Source: an uncultured delta proteobacterium
Lineage (GTDB): Bacteria > Desulfobacterota > Binatia > HRBIN30 > BPIQ01
Length of the DNA stretch: 64,000 bases
Assembly: GCA_963761335.1 (NCBI GenBank)
Contig: CAVXGR010000005.1
Span: forward strand, 1 to 64,000
Reading direction: 5' to 3'
Positions 34,465 through 44,172 of the stretch are shown one piece after another. The translations under genes and the position numbers were made by a program. Each line of letters opens with the position of its first letter. The stretch's first letter is position 1. The notes under the pieces were generated by a model. That model was given only the letters and a program-made list of their open reading frames with translations, searched no databases and had not been told where the DNA came from.

Positions 34465-35952
34465 ATGACGCCCGATACGCATGCTCGCGCCGGCGGCTCG
34501 ATTCGCGACGACCTCCGCTTCGTCATCATCGGGGCGGGAATGTCGGGAATCCTCAGCGCCATCAAGCTGAAGGAGGCCGGCATCGACAACTTCGCAATCT
34601 ACGAGAAGGCGGATCGCCTCGGGGGGACGTGGCGAGAGAACACCTACCCGGGCATCGCCTGTGACGTCCCCTCCCACTTCTATTGCTACTCCTTCGCCGT
34701 GAACCCGGAGTGGAGCCACCGCTTCGCGCCCGGGTCCGAGATCCAGGCGTACTTCGAGGACGTGGCGCGTCGCTACGGGGTGGACTCGCTGATCCAGTAC
34801 GGCAAGGAGATCACCCGCTGCGAGCTCACCGGCGGGCGCTGGAAGATCCGCATGGCGGACGGAACGGAGGACGCGGCGGACTTCATCGTCGCCGCGACCG
34901 GGGTTCTCCACCATCCCGCCTACCCCGATCTCGACGCTCTGGACTCCTTCGCGGGCCGGGCGTTCCACAGCGCCCGCTGGGATCACGATGTGTCGCTGGC
35001 CGGCAAGCGCGTCGGCGTCATCGGCACGGGCTCGAGTGCCATCCAGATCGTCGCCGCGGTGGTCGACGAGGTGGCCGAGCTGGTGCTCTTTCAGCGCACT
35101 CCCCAGTGGATCATGCCCGTGCAGAACCCGCCCTACAGCGAGTCGGAAAAGGCGGAGTTCCGCAGGCAGCCCGAGACCATCGCGCAGCTCCGCGCCGAGG
35201 TCTCGCACATGTTCACCGATGGCTTCTCCAATCATCTCTCCGACCTGAGCTCGCCCCAGCTGCAGGCGATCCATGATGCCTGCGTGGCGAATCTCGAGAG
35301 CAACGTGAAGGACCCGGACCTGAGGGAGAAGCTCCGCCCCAACTACCGGGCGGCGTGCAAGCGCCTGATCATGTCGGAGAGCTTCTACGACGCCATCCAG
35401 CGACCAAACGCCGAGCTCGTCACCGAGGGGATCGAGCGCATCGAGAAGTCCGGAGTGCGCACCCGGGATGGGAGGATGCACGAGCTGGATGTGCTGATTC
35501 TCGCCACCGGCTTTCGCGTCGATAGCTTCATGCGGCCGATGGCGGTGCAGGGCCGCAACCATGCGGCCCTCGACGACGTCTGGAGAGAGGGGCCGACGGC
35601 GTACATGGCGATCTCCATTCCCGACTTCCCCAACTTCTTCATGCTGAACGGTCCCAACAGCCCCGTCGGCAACTTCTCCCTGATCGAGATCGCCGAGCTG
35701 CAGTTCTCGTATGTCATGCAGCTGATCGAACAGGTCCGTTGCGGATCATGCCGCGAGGTGAGCGCCTCGCCTGCCGCGATGAAGCGCTTTGATGCCGAGC
35801 GCCGGGAGGCGGCCAGGACGACGATATGGAACAGCGGCTGCAAGAGCTGGTATCTCGACGCCAGCGGTCTGCCGACCGCGTGGCCGTGGACCTTCGACCG
35901 CTTCCGCGCCGAGATGAGCCAGCCGCGCCTCGAAGACTTCGACATGAGATGA
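34465..35952 (+). CDS. Flavin-containing / Baeyer-Villiger monooxygenase
   Basis: GAGMSG, GGTWRENTYPG..CD, F.G..FHSARWD, GTGSSA, ATGF. Confidence 0.92.
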   Translation: MTPDTHARAGGSIRDDLRFVIIGAGMSGILSAIKLKEAGIDNFAIYEKADRLGGTWRENTYPGIACDVPSHFYCYSFAVNPEWSHRFAPGSEIQAYFEDVARRYGVDSLIQYGKEITRCELTGGRWKIRMADGTEDAADFIVAATGVLHHPAYPDLDALDSFAGRAFHSARWDHDVSLAGKRVGVIGTGSSAIQIVAAVVDEVAELVLFQRTPQWIMPVQNPPYSESEKAEFRRQPETIAQLRAEVSHMFTDGFSNHLSDLSSPQLQAIHDACVANLESNVKDPDLREKLRPNYRAACKRLIMSESFYDAIQRPNAELVTEGIERIEKSGVRTRDGRMHELDVLILATGFRVDSFMRPMAVQGRNHAALDDVWREGPTAYMAISIPDFPNFFMLNGPNSPVGNFSLIEIAELQFSYVMQLIEQVRCGSCREVSASPAAMKRFDAERREAARTTIWNSGCKSWYLDASGLPTAWPWTFDRFRAEMSQPRLEDFDMR

Positions 35953-35964
35953 CGAGGAGATCCG

Positions 35965-36762
35965 ATGAATCTGGACCATTGCCTGATCGAACGCGAAGGC
36001 CACACGCTGATCGTCACCCTGAACCGCCCGGAGGCAAAGAACGCCCTGAGCTCCGGAATGCTGGCGGGCATGTACCGCGCCTGGCGTATGCTCGACGACG
36101 ATCCCGAGCTGCGGGTGGCGATTCTCACCGGCCGCGGCGACGTCTTCTGCGCCGGCGCCGACCTCAAGGCCATGGGCGCAGGCGAATCGGATGACGAGTT
36201 CATGAAGCTGATGTCGGAGGTGCCCGACATCCACTGGCAGGCGCTGCTGCGACACAACCGGCCGCTGAAGCCGATCGTCGCCGCCGTGGAGGGCTTCGCG
36301 GTGGCGGGGGGCACCGAGATTCTCCAGGGCACCGACGTCCGCGTCGCCGCTGAGGACGCGGTCTTCGGCATCACCGAGGCCCGCCGCGGTCTCTTTCCGC
36401 TGGGCGGGTCGAGCGTGCGCCTGCGGCGTCAGATCCCCTACACGCTGGCGGCCGAGATCCTGCTCACGGGGCGGCACGTGACCGCGAAGGAGGCGTTGGA
36501 TTTCGGATTGGTGGGGCGGCTGGTTCCCAAAGGCCAGGCGCTGGCGGAAGCCAGGAAGGTCGCCGCGGAGATTTGCGACAACGGCCCGCTCTCCATCCGG
36601 GCGCTCATGCACATGCTGCGCGAGGTCGACGAGAGCTACAGCGAGGCCGACGCCCTGGAGAAGGAGCTCGAGTACGGCAGTCCGATATTCGGCACGAGGG
36701 ATGCTCGCGAAGGTCTGCGGGCCTTCAAGGAGAAGCGCAAGCCGGTCTACACGGGCGAGTAG
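35965..36762 (+). CDS. Crotonase/enoyl-CoA hydratase
   Basis: FCAGADLK, AVAGGTE, E.RRGLFPLGG, DAREG..AF.EKR.P. Confidence 0.92.
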   Translation: MNLDHCLIEREGHTLIVTLNRPEAKNALSSGMLAGMYRAWRMLDDDPELRVAILTGRGDVFCAGADLKAMGAGESDDEFMKLMSEVPDIHWQALLRHNRPLKPIVAAVEGFAVAGGTEILQGTDVRVAAEDAVFGITEARRGLFPLGGSSVRLRRQIPYTLAAEILLTGRHVTAKEALDFGLVGRLVPKGQALAEARKVAAEICDNGPLSIRALMHMLREVDESYSEADALEKELEYGSPIFGTRDAREGLRAFKEKRKPVYTGE

Positions 36763-36768
36763 CGACAG

Positions 36769-38298
36769 ATGAAGCCCGATACTCCCGTCATCGTCGGAAT
36801 CGGATTCCATCAGGAGCAGATGATGGATCCCACCGAGTGCCTGGAGCCGTATCAGCTGATGGTGCGCGCCGTGCGCCGTGCCGCCGACGATGCGGGCTCA
36901 GGGCAATTGGGGGAGAAGCTCGAATCGATCTCCGTGCCGCAGGGCATGTGGCAGTATCGCAATCCGGGCAAGCTGATCGCCGATGCATTGGGTTGCCCGA
37001 CGGCGAGGAGCGTCATCGCGGATCTGGGCGTCCTGCAGCTGACCCTTCTCAGCGACCTCTGCCGGGCCATCGCCGCCGGCGAGCAGCAGGTGGGAGTGGT
37101 CACCGGCGGTGAGGCGCAGTTCCGCGAGCTGCGCAGCATGATCACCCGGCAGCCGGTCGCCGATACCGCGCAAGCCGAGGATACGCCGGCCCCGGACGTG
37201 CACCACACGTCGCCGGACCCGTTCTGCAGCGACCTCGAGTCGCGCCGCGGGCTTCACCTGCCGGCGGAGTTCTTCGCCATGATCGAATCGGCGCTGCGCT
37301 ACGAGCAGGGCCTGGGGATCGAGGAACATCGGGACAGGCTGGCGAATCTCTACAGCTCCTTCAGCGAGGTCGCCGCCGCCAATCCCCATGCCTGGCGGCG
37401 CGAGCCGATGCGCGCCGAGGAGATTCGCAACCCCGCGGCGAAGAACGCCATGCTGGCGTTTCCGTACACCAAGCGCCACTGCAGCCAGTGGAACGTGAAC
37501 CGCGCCGTGGCCATCATCGTCTGCTCGGCAAGGAAGGCCGAGGAGTGGGGTCTGAATCGCGCCGGCTGGATCTACCCGGTGGCGGCAACCCAGTCGAAGC
37601 ACGTGGTGACCCTGGCGCAACAGCGGCAGCTCCACAGTCATCCGGGCACGGTTCGCTGCGGCGAGCGGGCTCTGGCGTTGGCGGGTATCGCCGCCGCGGA
37701 CATCACCGCCGCCGAGCTCTACAGCTGCTTCCCCGCGGCGCTGCAGTCGTTCGCGCGCGACTTGAAGCTGGAGGGAGTGTGCCCGCTCACGGTGACCGGC
37801 TCGATGGCCTTTGCCGGCGGGCCCTTCAATCACTTCAGCCTGGAGGGCGTGGCGCGGATGGTGGAGGTATTGCGATCCGGCGAGGCGAGCGGTGCGCCGC
37901 GCCGGCGGATCGGCCTGGTCTCGAATCTCAGCGGCATCTTCGGCAAGCAGGCTTGCGTGCTGCTCTCCGATAGGCCCGCTGACGACGGCTACGGCTTCGA
38001 GGACGTGACCGCCGCCGTCGCCGCAGAGGACGTCCCGCTGCCCCTCGACGACACCTACACCGGCGCGGCGACGATCGTCGGTTACACCGTCATGTTCAAT
38101 CGCAGCGAGCTCTCGCACGCCATCGCCATCTGTGACACGCCCGACGGCCGGCGCACGGTGGTCCGCAGCGAGGACCGGGCATTGCTGGAGGCGATGACGC
38201 GCGAGGAGTTCTGCGGGAGGGTGGTTGATGTCTCGCGGGACGGGACCTTCTCGTTGGATTCCTCCCGTGATCGCGAAAGGACGGGCCCGCGCCCCTGA
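36769..38298 (+). CDS. Thiolase-like (acetyl-CoA acetyltransferase family) protein with C-terminal extension
   Basis: TPVIVGIG, GGEA, AFPYTK, ELYSCFP, LTVTGSM.FAGGP.N. Confidence 0.8.
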   Translation: MKPDTPVIVGIGFHQEQMMDPTECLEPYQLMVRAVRRAADDAGSGQLGEKLESISVPQGMWQYRNPGKLIADALGCPTARSVIADLGVLQLTLLSDLCRAIAAGEQQVGVVTGGEAQFRELRSMITRQPVADTAQAEDTPAPDVHHTSPDPFCSDLESRRGLHLPAEFFAMIESALRYEQGLGIEEHRDRLANLYSSFSEVAAANPHAWRREPMRAEEIRNPAAKNAMLAFPYTKRHCSQWNVNRAVAIIVCSARKAEEWGLNRAGWIYPVAATQSKHVVTLAQQRQLHSHPGTVRCGERALALAGIAAADITAAELYSCFPAALQSFARDLKLEGVCPLTVTGSMAFAGGPFNHFSLEGVARMVEVLRSGEASGAPRRRIGLVSNLSGIFGKQACVLLSDRPADDGYGFEDVTAAVAAEDVPLPLDDTYTGAATIVGYTVMFNRSELSHAIAICDTPDGRRTVVRSEDRALLEAMTREEFCGRVVDVSRDGTFSLDSSRDRERTGPRP

Positions 38299-38535
38299 CG
38301 GGGCGCAAGGGAGCCGGCCTCGTGATCCCCGGGTCTTCGACCCGGGGCTACACGCCTGCGCCCCTCCGGGGCGAATGACGTCCGGACGCCCGCGCAACCC
38401 CGGGGGAACCCGGGCTCAATCCGACTGAACGGGGCCGCCCCGGGGATTGAGCCGTGGAGCGGCGCAGGCATGTAGCCCCGGGTGCCAACCCGTGGAAGGG
38501 CGTCCGCCCAGAGATCAGCGCCCCGGAGGGGCGCG
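38288..38535. repeat. Composite palindromic REP-like cluster
   Basis: cccggggctacacgcctgcgcc (38341-38362) / ggcgcaggcatgtagccccggg (38461-38482) IR with 1 mismatch; inner ggctcaatcc/ggattgagcc; GCCCC..GGGGC hairpins. Confidence 0.7.
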
Positions 38536-38556
38536 GGTATGTAGCTTCGGTCGCGA

Positions 38557-38673
38557 GAGGTTGTTTGGAAGCCGAAGTAGAAGCGCCGTCCCGGCGCTTT
38601 CCGAAGCGGCGAGACGCCGCTTCTACTCGGCCCGCGGGCCGGCGGAATCGCTTTGCCCAGGTTTCACAGCATC
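38557..38673. mobile_element. Degenerate copy of the 38700-38820 MITE
   Basis: Core gtagaagcgccgtcccggcgctttccgaagcggcgagac.ccgcttctactcggcccgcgggccggcg shared; ends decayed. Confidence 0.65.
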
Positions 38674-38699
38674 GGGGATGATCCCAGCCGGGGGTTTCA

Positions 38700-38820
38700 G
38701 AGGCTGTCTCAAAAGCGAGGTAGAAGCGCCGTCCCGGCGCTTTCCGAAGCGGCGAGACACCGCTTCTACTCGGCCCGCGGGCCGGCGAAAGTCGTCTTGC
38801 AAGGGTTTTGAGACAGCCTC
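38700..38820. mobile_element. 121-bp MITE with 15-bp TIR and 4-bp TSD, carrying a GTAG REP doublet
   Basis: GAGGCTGTCTCAAAA / TTTTGAGACAGCCTC; TTCA on both sides. Confidence 0.8.
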
Positions 38821-38856
38821 TTCAACCCCCAGCTGGAGAGACGCGCCCTCCGCGGA

Positions 38857-40317
38857 TCAAGACTTCGAAGCGTCGCGCCGCAGCGCCGCACGCACCCCGT
38901 CGGCGTATGCCGGATCCACCTTCTCGAAGTGGCCGAGCTGGCGCTCGACGATGGCGGCCGGCACGCCCAACATCGCCGCGGCGATGTTGGCGAAGAGCCT
39001 GCCCTTCCGGGCGCCGTCGAACAGCTGGAAGAGCGCGCGCGGCTGGGAGTAGTCGTCGTTGCCGTCGCGGTGGTCGTAGCGATCGGCATCACCGCTGATC
39101 CGCAACGGCGGCTCGGCGACGTCCGCACGCTCGATCGGGCCGTTGAACGAGTTGGGCTCGTAGTAGGCATCCGGGCCCGTGCTGTTGGGAAAGAACCGCA
39201 TCTGCCCGTCCTTGTGATAGTGGTGCACGGGGCATCGCGGCGCGTTGACGGGCAGGGCCTCATAGTGCGTGCCGAGCCGGTAGCGGTGGGCGTCGCCGTA
39301 GGAGAAGATCCGCGCCTGCAGCATCTTGTCCGGGGAGAAGCCGATGCCGGGGACGACGTTCGACGGGCTGAAGGCCGCCTGCTCGATCTCGGCGAAGTAG
39401 TTCTCCGGGTTGCGGTTGAGCTCCATCACCCCGACCTCGACCAGCGGATAGTCCGCGTGCGGCCACACCTTGGTGAGGTCGAAGGGGTTGTAGGACGTCC
39501 GCTCCGCCTCGGCCTCGGGCATCACCTGGACGTACAGCGTCCATCGCGGAAAGTCGCCGGCCTCGATCGCGGCGAAGAGATCCTCCTGGTACGACTCGCG
39601 CGTGCGGCCGATCACCTCCGACGCTTCGGCGTTGGTGAGGAACTGGTGCCCCTGCTGCGTCTTGAAGTGGAGCTTCACCCAGAAGCGCTCGCCCTCGGCG
39701 TTCCAGAAGCTGAAGGTGTGCGAGCCGTAGCCGTTCATGAAGCGCGGGCTCGGCGGCAGGCCGCGGTCGGAGAAGAGAATGGTGACCTGGTGCAGGCTCT
39801 CCGGTGACAGCGACCAGAAGTCCCACATCGCCGTCGGCGAGCGCAGGTTGGTGCGCGGGTGGCGCTTCTGGGTGTGGATGAAGTCGGGAAACTTGTACGG
39901 GTCGCGGACGAAGAACACCGGCGTGTTGTTTCCGACCAGGTCCCAGTTGCCCTCTTCGGTGTAGAGCTTGACCGCGAAGCCGCGCACGTCGCGTTCGGCG
40001 TCGGCCGCCCCGAGCTCGCCGGCCACGGTGGAGAAGCGGGCGAGCAGCGGCGTCTGCTCGCCGACCTTGGAGAAGATCGCGGCGCGCGTGTACCGGCTGA
40101 TGTCGCGGGTGACGGTGAAGGTCCCATGGGCGCCCCAGCCCTTGGCGTGGACCACGCGTTCGGGGATGCGCTCGCGGTTCTGGTGCGCCAGCTTCTCGAT
40201 CAGCTGGTAGTCCTGGATCAGCACCGGGCCTCGCGGGCCGGCGGTGAGGGAGTTCTGGTTGTCGCTGACGGGGTTGCCTCCGGTAGTGGTGAGGGTCGGT
40301 CGCTTGGTCGTCATCAT
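38857..40317 (-). CDS. katA: Monofunctional heme catalase
   Basis: [43 protein letters not shown]. Confidence 0.96.
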   Translation of the reverse strand: MMTTKRPTLTTTGGNPVSDNQNSLTAGPRGPVLIQDYQLIEKLAHQNRERIPERVVHAKGWGAHGTFTVTRDISRYTRAAIFSKVGEQTPLLARFSTVAGELGAADAERDVRGFAVKLYTEEGNWDLVGNNTPVFFVRDPYKFPDFIHTQKRHPRTNLRSPTAMWDFWSLSPESLHQVTILFSDRGLPPSPRFMNGYGSHTFSFWNAEGERFWVKLHFKTQQGHQFLTNAEASEVIGRTRESYQEDLFAAIEAGDFPRWTLYVQVMPEAEAERTSYNPFDLTKVWPHADYPLVEVGVMELNRNPENYFAEIEQAAFSPSNVVPGIGFSPDKMLQARIFSYGDAHRYRLGTHYEALPVNAPRCPVHHYHKDGQMRFFPNSTGPDAYYEPNSFNGPIERADVAEPPLRISGDADRYDHRDGNDDYSQPRALFQLFDGARKGRLFANIAAAMLGVPAAIVERQLGHFEKVDPAYADGVRAALRRDASKS

Positions 40318-40377
40318 TTCCTCCTGTCGAGCCGTGCCGATCTGGCGCGGCTACAGGAGAGTATCGACCTCTGCCAT

Positions 40378-40426
40378 CGATAGGTCCAAGACAAGATTTC
40401 GATCACATCGATAGGCAGAGGCAATC
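40378..40426 (-). promoter_or_regulatory. Probable OxyR (LysR-type) binding site upstream of catalase
   Basis: Minus strand ATTG-N7-CTAT-N7-ATCG..., resembling ATAG-N7-CTAT repeats. Confidence 0.55.
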
Positions 40427-40499
40427 ACCGCTTTCAGGCACCGGCTGCGGCATCTTCCTCCCTTGCCTGCCGCCGGCGGGCTCCTCTATCTCTACCGCC

Positions 40500-41741
40500 G
40501 TGGCTCCGGGGGAATCTTCGAATGACGACCAGGCGGCGAGCGCCGCGTTGCGCGAGCGCGAGCGCGTCGCCGAGCACCGCATCAACCGGATTCGCGGCGC
40601 CGTCATTCTCGCCGCCAGCGTCGTTGATATCGCCTACGCCTGGGCCGCCGGCACGCTGAGCCAGCGGTTCATCTGGCTCGGCGGTGGCCTTCTGCTCGGC
40701 TTTGCGCCGTACTGGTGGATGGTCGAGCGCCTGGCGCGCGGACCGACCTATCGCCCTTGGCTCAAGTACGTCACCATCACCGCCGACTACAGCATGATCC
40801 TCTTCGTTTTCTTCGCCTACCGGCGCATCGGCTTCTTCGGCCACGCCGGCGCCGAGGCCGGCGCGGGCGAGTTCGTGAGCTTTCTGATCCTCTTCAACTT
40901 CCTGAGCGCTTTTCGCCTCAGCCAGACCGCCATCGTCTACAGCACCGTGCTCGGCGTCGGCATCGCCCTGGGCCTGGCGCTCGCCGCCGGCGCCCTGGTG
41001 CTGGCGATGTACGGGCCGCTGTTCCTCCTCGGCTCCGGCGGACTGACCCTCCTGCTGTCCTCCGCGTGGCGCGACGTCCTCCAGCGCCTGCGGCGGCGCG
41101 AGCAGCTGATGCGCTTTCTGCCGCGTCAGGTCGTGCAAGGCGCAGACGAGGGTCGCCTGCGCCTGGAGCTCGGCGGCGTCAAGCAGGAAGCCACGATTCT
41201 GCTGTCGGACCTGCGCGGCTTCACCAGCTTTGCCGAGCACCGCGATCCCGACGAGGTCCTCGGTCTTCTCAACCAGTACTTCACTCGCATGGCGGACGTG
41301 GTGTGGGACCACGGCGGGACCATCGACAAGTTCATCGGCGACGCCCTCCTGGCCGTGTTCGGCGTTCCGGTGCAGCGGCCCGACGATGCCGTGCGGGCTC
41401 TGCGGGCGGCGCTCGCCATGCAGGCGGCGCTCGCGGATCTGAATCGGCAGTGGGCCGCGGCCGGGATGCCGCGCCTGCGCATGGGCATCGCCTTGCACAC
41501 CGGCACCGTGGTCGCCGGCAACATCGGCTCGCCGCAGCGCATGGAGTACACCGTGATCGGCGATGCGGTGAACGTCACCGCACGGCTGGAGGAGCTCAAC
41601 AAGGAGTTCCACACGGACGTGCTGCTCAGCGAGTCCACCAACGCCTGCCTCAATGGCAGCGTGCGCACCGAGCTCGTCGCCGAGGTGGCGGTGCGGGGAC
41701 GGCAGCAGTCGGTACGCGCCTACAAGCCCGTGCTCTGCTGA
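40500..41741 (+). CDS. Membrane-bound class III adenylate cyclase
   Basis: Several TM helices; SDLRGFT, DKFIGD, EYTVIGDAVNVTAR. Confidence 0.9.
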   Translation: MAPGESSNDDQAASAALRERERVAEHRINRIRGAVILAASVVDIAYAWAAGTLSQRFIWLGGGLLLGFAPYWWMVERLARGPTYRPWLKYVTITADYSMILFVFFAYRRIGFFGHAGAEAGAGEFVSFLILFNFLSAFRLSQTAIVYSTVLGVGIALGLALAAGALVLAMYGPLFLLGSGGLTLLLSSAWRDVLQRLRRREQLMRFLPRQVVQGADEGRLRLELGGVKQEATILLSDLRGFTSFAEHRDPDEVLGLLNQYFTRMADVVWDHGGTIDKFIGDALLAVFGVPVQRPDDAVRALRAALAMQAALADLNRQWAAAGMPRLRMGIALHTGTVVAGNIGSPQRMEYTVIGDAVNVTARLEELNKEFHTDVLLSESTNACLNGSVRTELVAEVAVRGRQQSVRAYKPVLC

Positions 41742-41911
41742 CGTCGGGCTTTCGACTTCCAGCGAATGGCCCTGGCGCGACCATCGGGACTGGCCACGAA
41801 GGCCGGGCTCGCGCTTCATGGGTCGCGGCCGGTGCCGACAAAATCAGCGTTGACTGAGTCGTTTACGGGAACGTATACGGCTTATACGCCTACATCGCCG
41901 ATCATATCATC

Positions 41912-43291
41912 ATGGCCAAGCTCCTGCTGCTGAATCCTCCCGCGAGCGGCCGGCCGGTGCTCCGGGATTTCGCATGCGGAGAATCGTCCAAGGCCGACTA
42001 CTACTGGGCCCCCATCGACCTCCTGGTGCTGTCCGGCGTGCTGGGGACCGAGCACGATCTGCTGGCCATCGACGCGGTTGCCGAGCCGTGCGCGGCGGAC
42101 GAGGTGCTGGAGCGCGCTCGCGCTTTTCAGCCCGACGCGGTGTTCTCGCTGACGGCGGCGGTGTCGCTCGCCGCGGATGCCCGGTTTCTCGAAGCGCTCG
42201 TCCGTGAGACGGGCGCACGGGTGTATGGCCTCGGCGACGTCGCATCGTTCGCGCCGGGCGAGACGCTCCGGAAGACACCGGTCTTCGACGGGCTGGTACA
42301 GAACTTCGCGGATCCCTCTTTGACGCGATTGGCCGCCGGTGAGGACGGCGAGGTCACCAGCGTCACCTTGCGCCGGGGGCAAACGATCGAGGTGCACCCC
42401 ATCGATCGCCGCGATCCGATGCGCTACCCGATGCCGCGGCACGCCCTGTTCCCGCTCCATCGCTACCGGATGCCATTCACCCGATGGGAGAAGACGACGA
42501 CCCTGCTGACCGCTTACGGCTGTCCGTATCCCTGCACCTTCTGTGCGTCGCGCAGCCTGCCGTATCAGCTGCGCCCGATCGCAGACGCGATCGCGGAGAT
42601 GATCCACGTCGCCGAGCTCGGCGTTCGCGAAGTCTATGTCCGCGACTTTACCTTCGGTCCCACGCGCCGGCGGGCGCAGGAGCTGTGCGAGGCGATCATC
42701 GATGCGGGAATCCAGCTCCGTTGGTCGGCCGAGTGCCGCATCGATGTCCTCGAAGAGAAGTTGCTGGACGTCATGCGCCGGGCGGGCTGCGAGGTGATTC
42801 TGGTGGGCGTCGAGACCGGCGACGAGCAGGTCGCCGCGCGGCTCGGCAAGTCCGTGCAGGCCAGCCGCACACACCGCGTGCTCGCGCATGCGCGGGGGCT
42901 CGGCATTCGCGCCTGCGGCCACTTCGTGCTCGGCAGCCCCGGGGAAACGCGCCCGCAGGCGCTGAGCACCTTGCGCCTTGCCCGCAGCCTTCCCCTCGAC
43001 TATGCATCGTTCAACATGTATGCGCCTCGCCTGGGTACGCCGATGCGGCGGGAGCTCGTCGATCTCGGTAAAGTGGACGCCGACGACTTCGAAGGCCAGG
43101 ACGTCTCCGCCCAGGCAAATGGGTTCGCCGAGATGAGCGCCGAAGAGCTGCGCGGCGTCCTGCGTTGGGGCGTGACCTCTTTCTACCTCCGCCCGTCACA
43201 CATGTACCGTCTGTTGCGCTGCACGCCTTGGTCGACCTTGGCGCGCCAGGGTGCGGGCGTGCTGCGCGGCGTGTTCGAGGCGCGGGCTTGA
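41912..43291 (+). CDS. B12-binding radical SAM enzyme
   Basis: GCPYPCTFC motif; N-terminal LLLLNPP; GVETG, GHFVLG.PGET. Confidence 0.9.
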   Translation: MAKLLLLNPPASGRPVLRDFACGESSKADYYWAPIDLLVLSGVLGTEHDLLAIDAVAEPCAADEVLERARAFQPDAVFSLTAAVSLAADARFLEALVRETGARVYGLGDVASFAPGETLRKTPVFDGLVQNFADPSLTRLAAGEDGEVTSVTLRRGQTIEVHPIDRRDPMRYPMPRHALFPLHRYRMPFTRWEKTTTLLTAYGCPYPCTFCASRSLPYQLRPIADAIAEMIHVAELGVREVYVRDFTFGPTRRRAQELCEAIIDAGIQLRWSAECRIDVLEEKLLDVMRRAGCEVILVGVETGDEQVAARLGKSVQASRTHRVLAHARGLGIRACGHFVLGSPGETRPQALSTLRLARSLPLDYASFNMYAPRLGTPMRRELVDLGKVDADDFEGQDVSAQANGFAEMSAEELRGVLRWGVTSFYLRPSHMYRLLRCTPWSTLARQGAGVLRGVFEARA

Positions 43292-44172
43292 GCGACCGCG
43301 CGCCGGAGAGCGAAGAGTGCGGGTCAGGCGTCACGGTCGTCATTCCCGCGCGCGACGAGGAGAGAGGCATTGCGGTGACTCTGGGAGCGCTGTGCGCCGT
43401 CGCGCCGCGCCTCGGCCAGGCGCTCGAGATCATCGTTGTCGACGACGGCTCCAGCGACGCGACGCGCCAGGTCGCCGAGAAGGCCGGCGCCCGCGTGTAC
43501 TCGCACCCCTACTCCGTTGGCTATGGACAGTCGCTGAAGACCGGAATCCGGCACGCGACTCACGACTTGATCGCGATCACCGACGCCGATGGCACCTACC
43601 CTGTCGAGCAGCTGCCGGAGCTCGTCGAGCAGGCCGCACGGTTCGACATGGTCGTCGGCGCACGGACGGGTCCGCACTTCCGCCGAGTCATGTTTTCTCC
43701 GGTGCAGGCGGCGTTCCTGTTGCTCACGAACTTCGTCACCGGGAAATGGATTCCCGATCCCAATTCGGGCTTGCGCGTTTTCCGGCGCTCGCAGATCCTG
43801 CCGCTGCTCGATCGACTCCCGAACGGCTTCTCTTTCACGACGACCCTTACCCTCGTGCTGGTGTCGAGCGGTGCGTTCGTTCATTTTCATCCCGTCCTCT
43901 ATCGGCAGCGTGTCGGGCGTTCGAAGGTCCGTTTCCTTCGCGACGGGCTCCGCGCTGGCCAGGGGATGCTCGAGATCATTCTTCGCCATAATCCTCTGAA
44001 GGCTTTCCTCGCCTTTGCGCTCCTTCCGCTGCTGAGTGCCTGTATCGTCCCATTCCTGCCTCTCGCGCACACGGAGAAGGTTCTTCTCGGCGGACTGGCG
44101 TTGGCGACCGCCGTGGTCGTTTTCGCCCTGGGGATGGTGGCATTCGCGGTGGGCAGAGCGGCGGAGAGATGA
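43288..44172 (+). CDS. Glycosyltransferase family 2 (polyprenol-phosphate sugar synthase-like) with C-terminal TM helices
   Basis: VVIPARDEE, VDDGSSD, DADGTY, D.NSGLR, GFSFTT. Confidence 0.9.
   Translation: MSDRAPESEECGSGVTVVIPARDEERGIAVTLGALCAVAPRLGQALEIIVVDDGSSDATRQVAEKAGARVYSHPYSVGYGQSLKTGIRHATHDLIAITDADGTYPVEQLPELVEQAARFDMVVGARTGPHFRRVMFSPVQAAFLLLTNFVTGKWIPDPNSGLRVFRRSQILPLLDRLPNGFSFTTTLTLVLVSSGAFVHFHPVLYRQRVGRSKVRFLRDGLRAGQGMLEIILRHNPLKAFLAFALLPLLSACIVPFLPLAHTEKVLLGGLALATAVVVFALGMVAFAVGRAAER

Noticed and set aside
38557..38820. Direct repeats as a mini-CRISPR or structured ncRNA
   Set aside because: Two ~70-bp cores with TIR/TSD and REP hairpins fit a MITE/REPIN better
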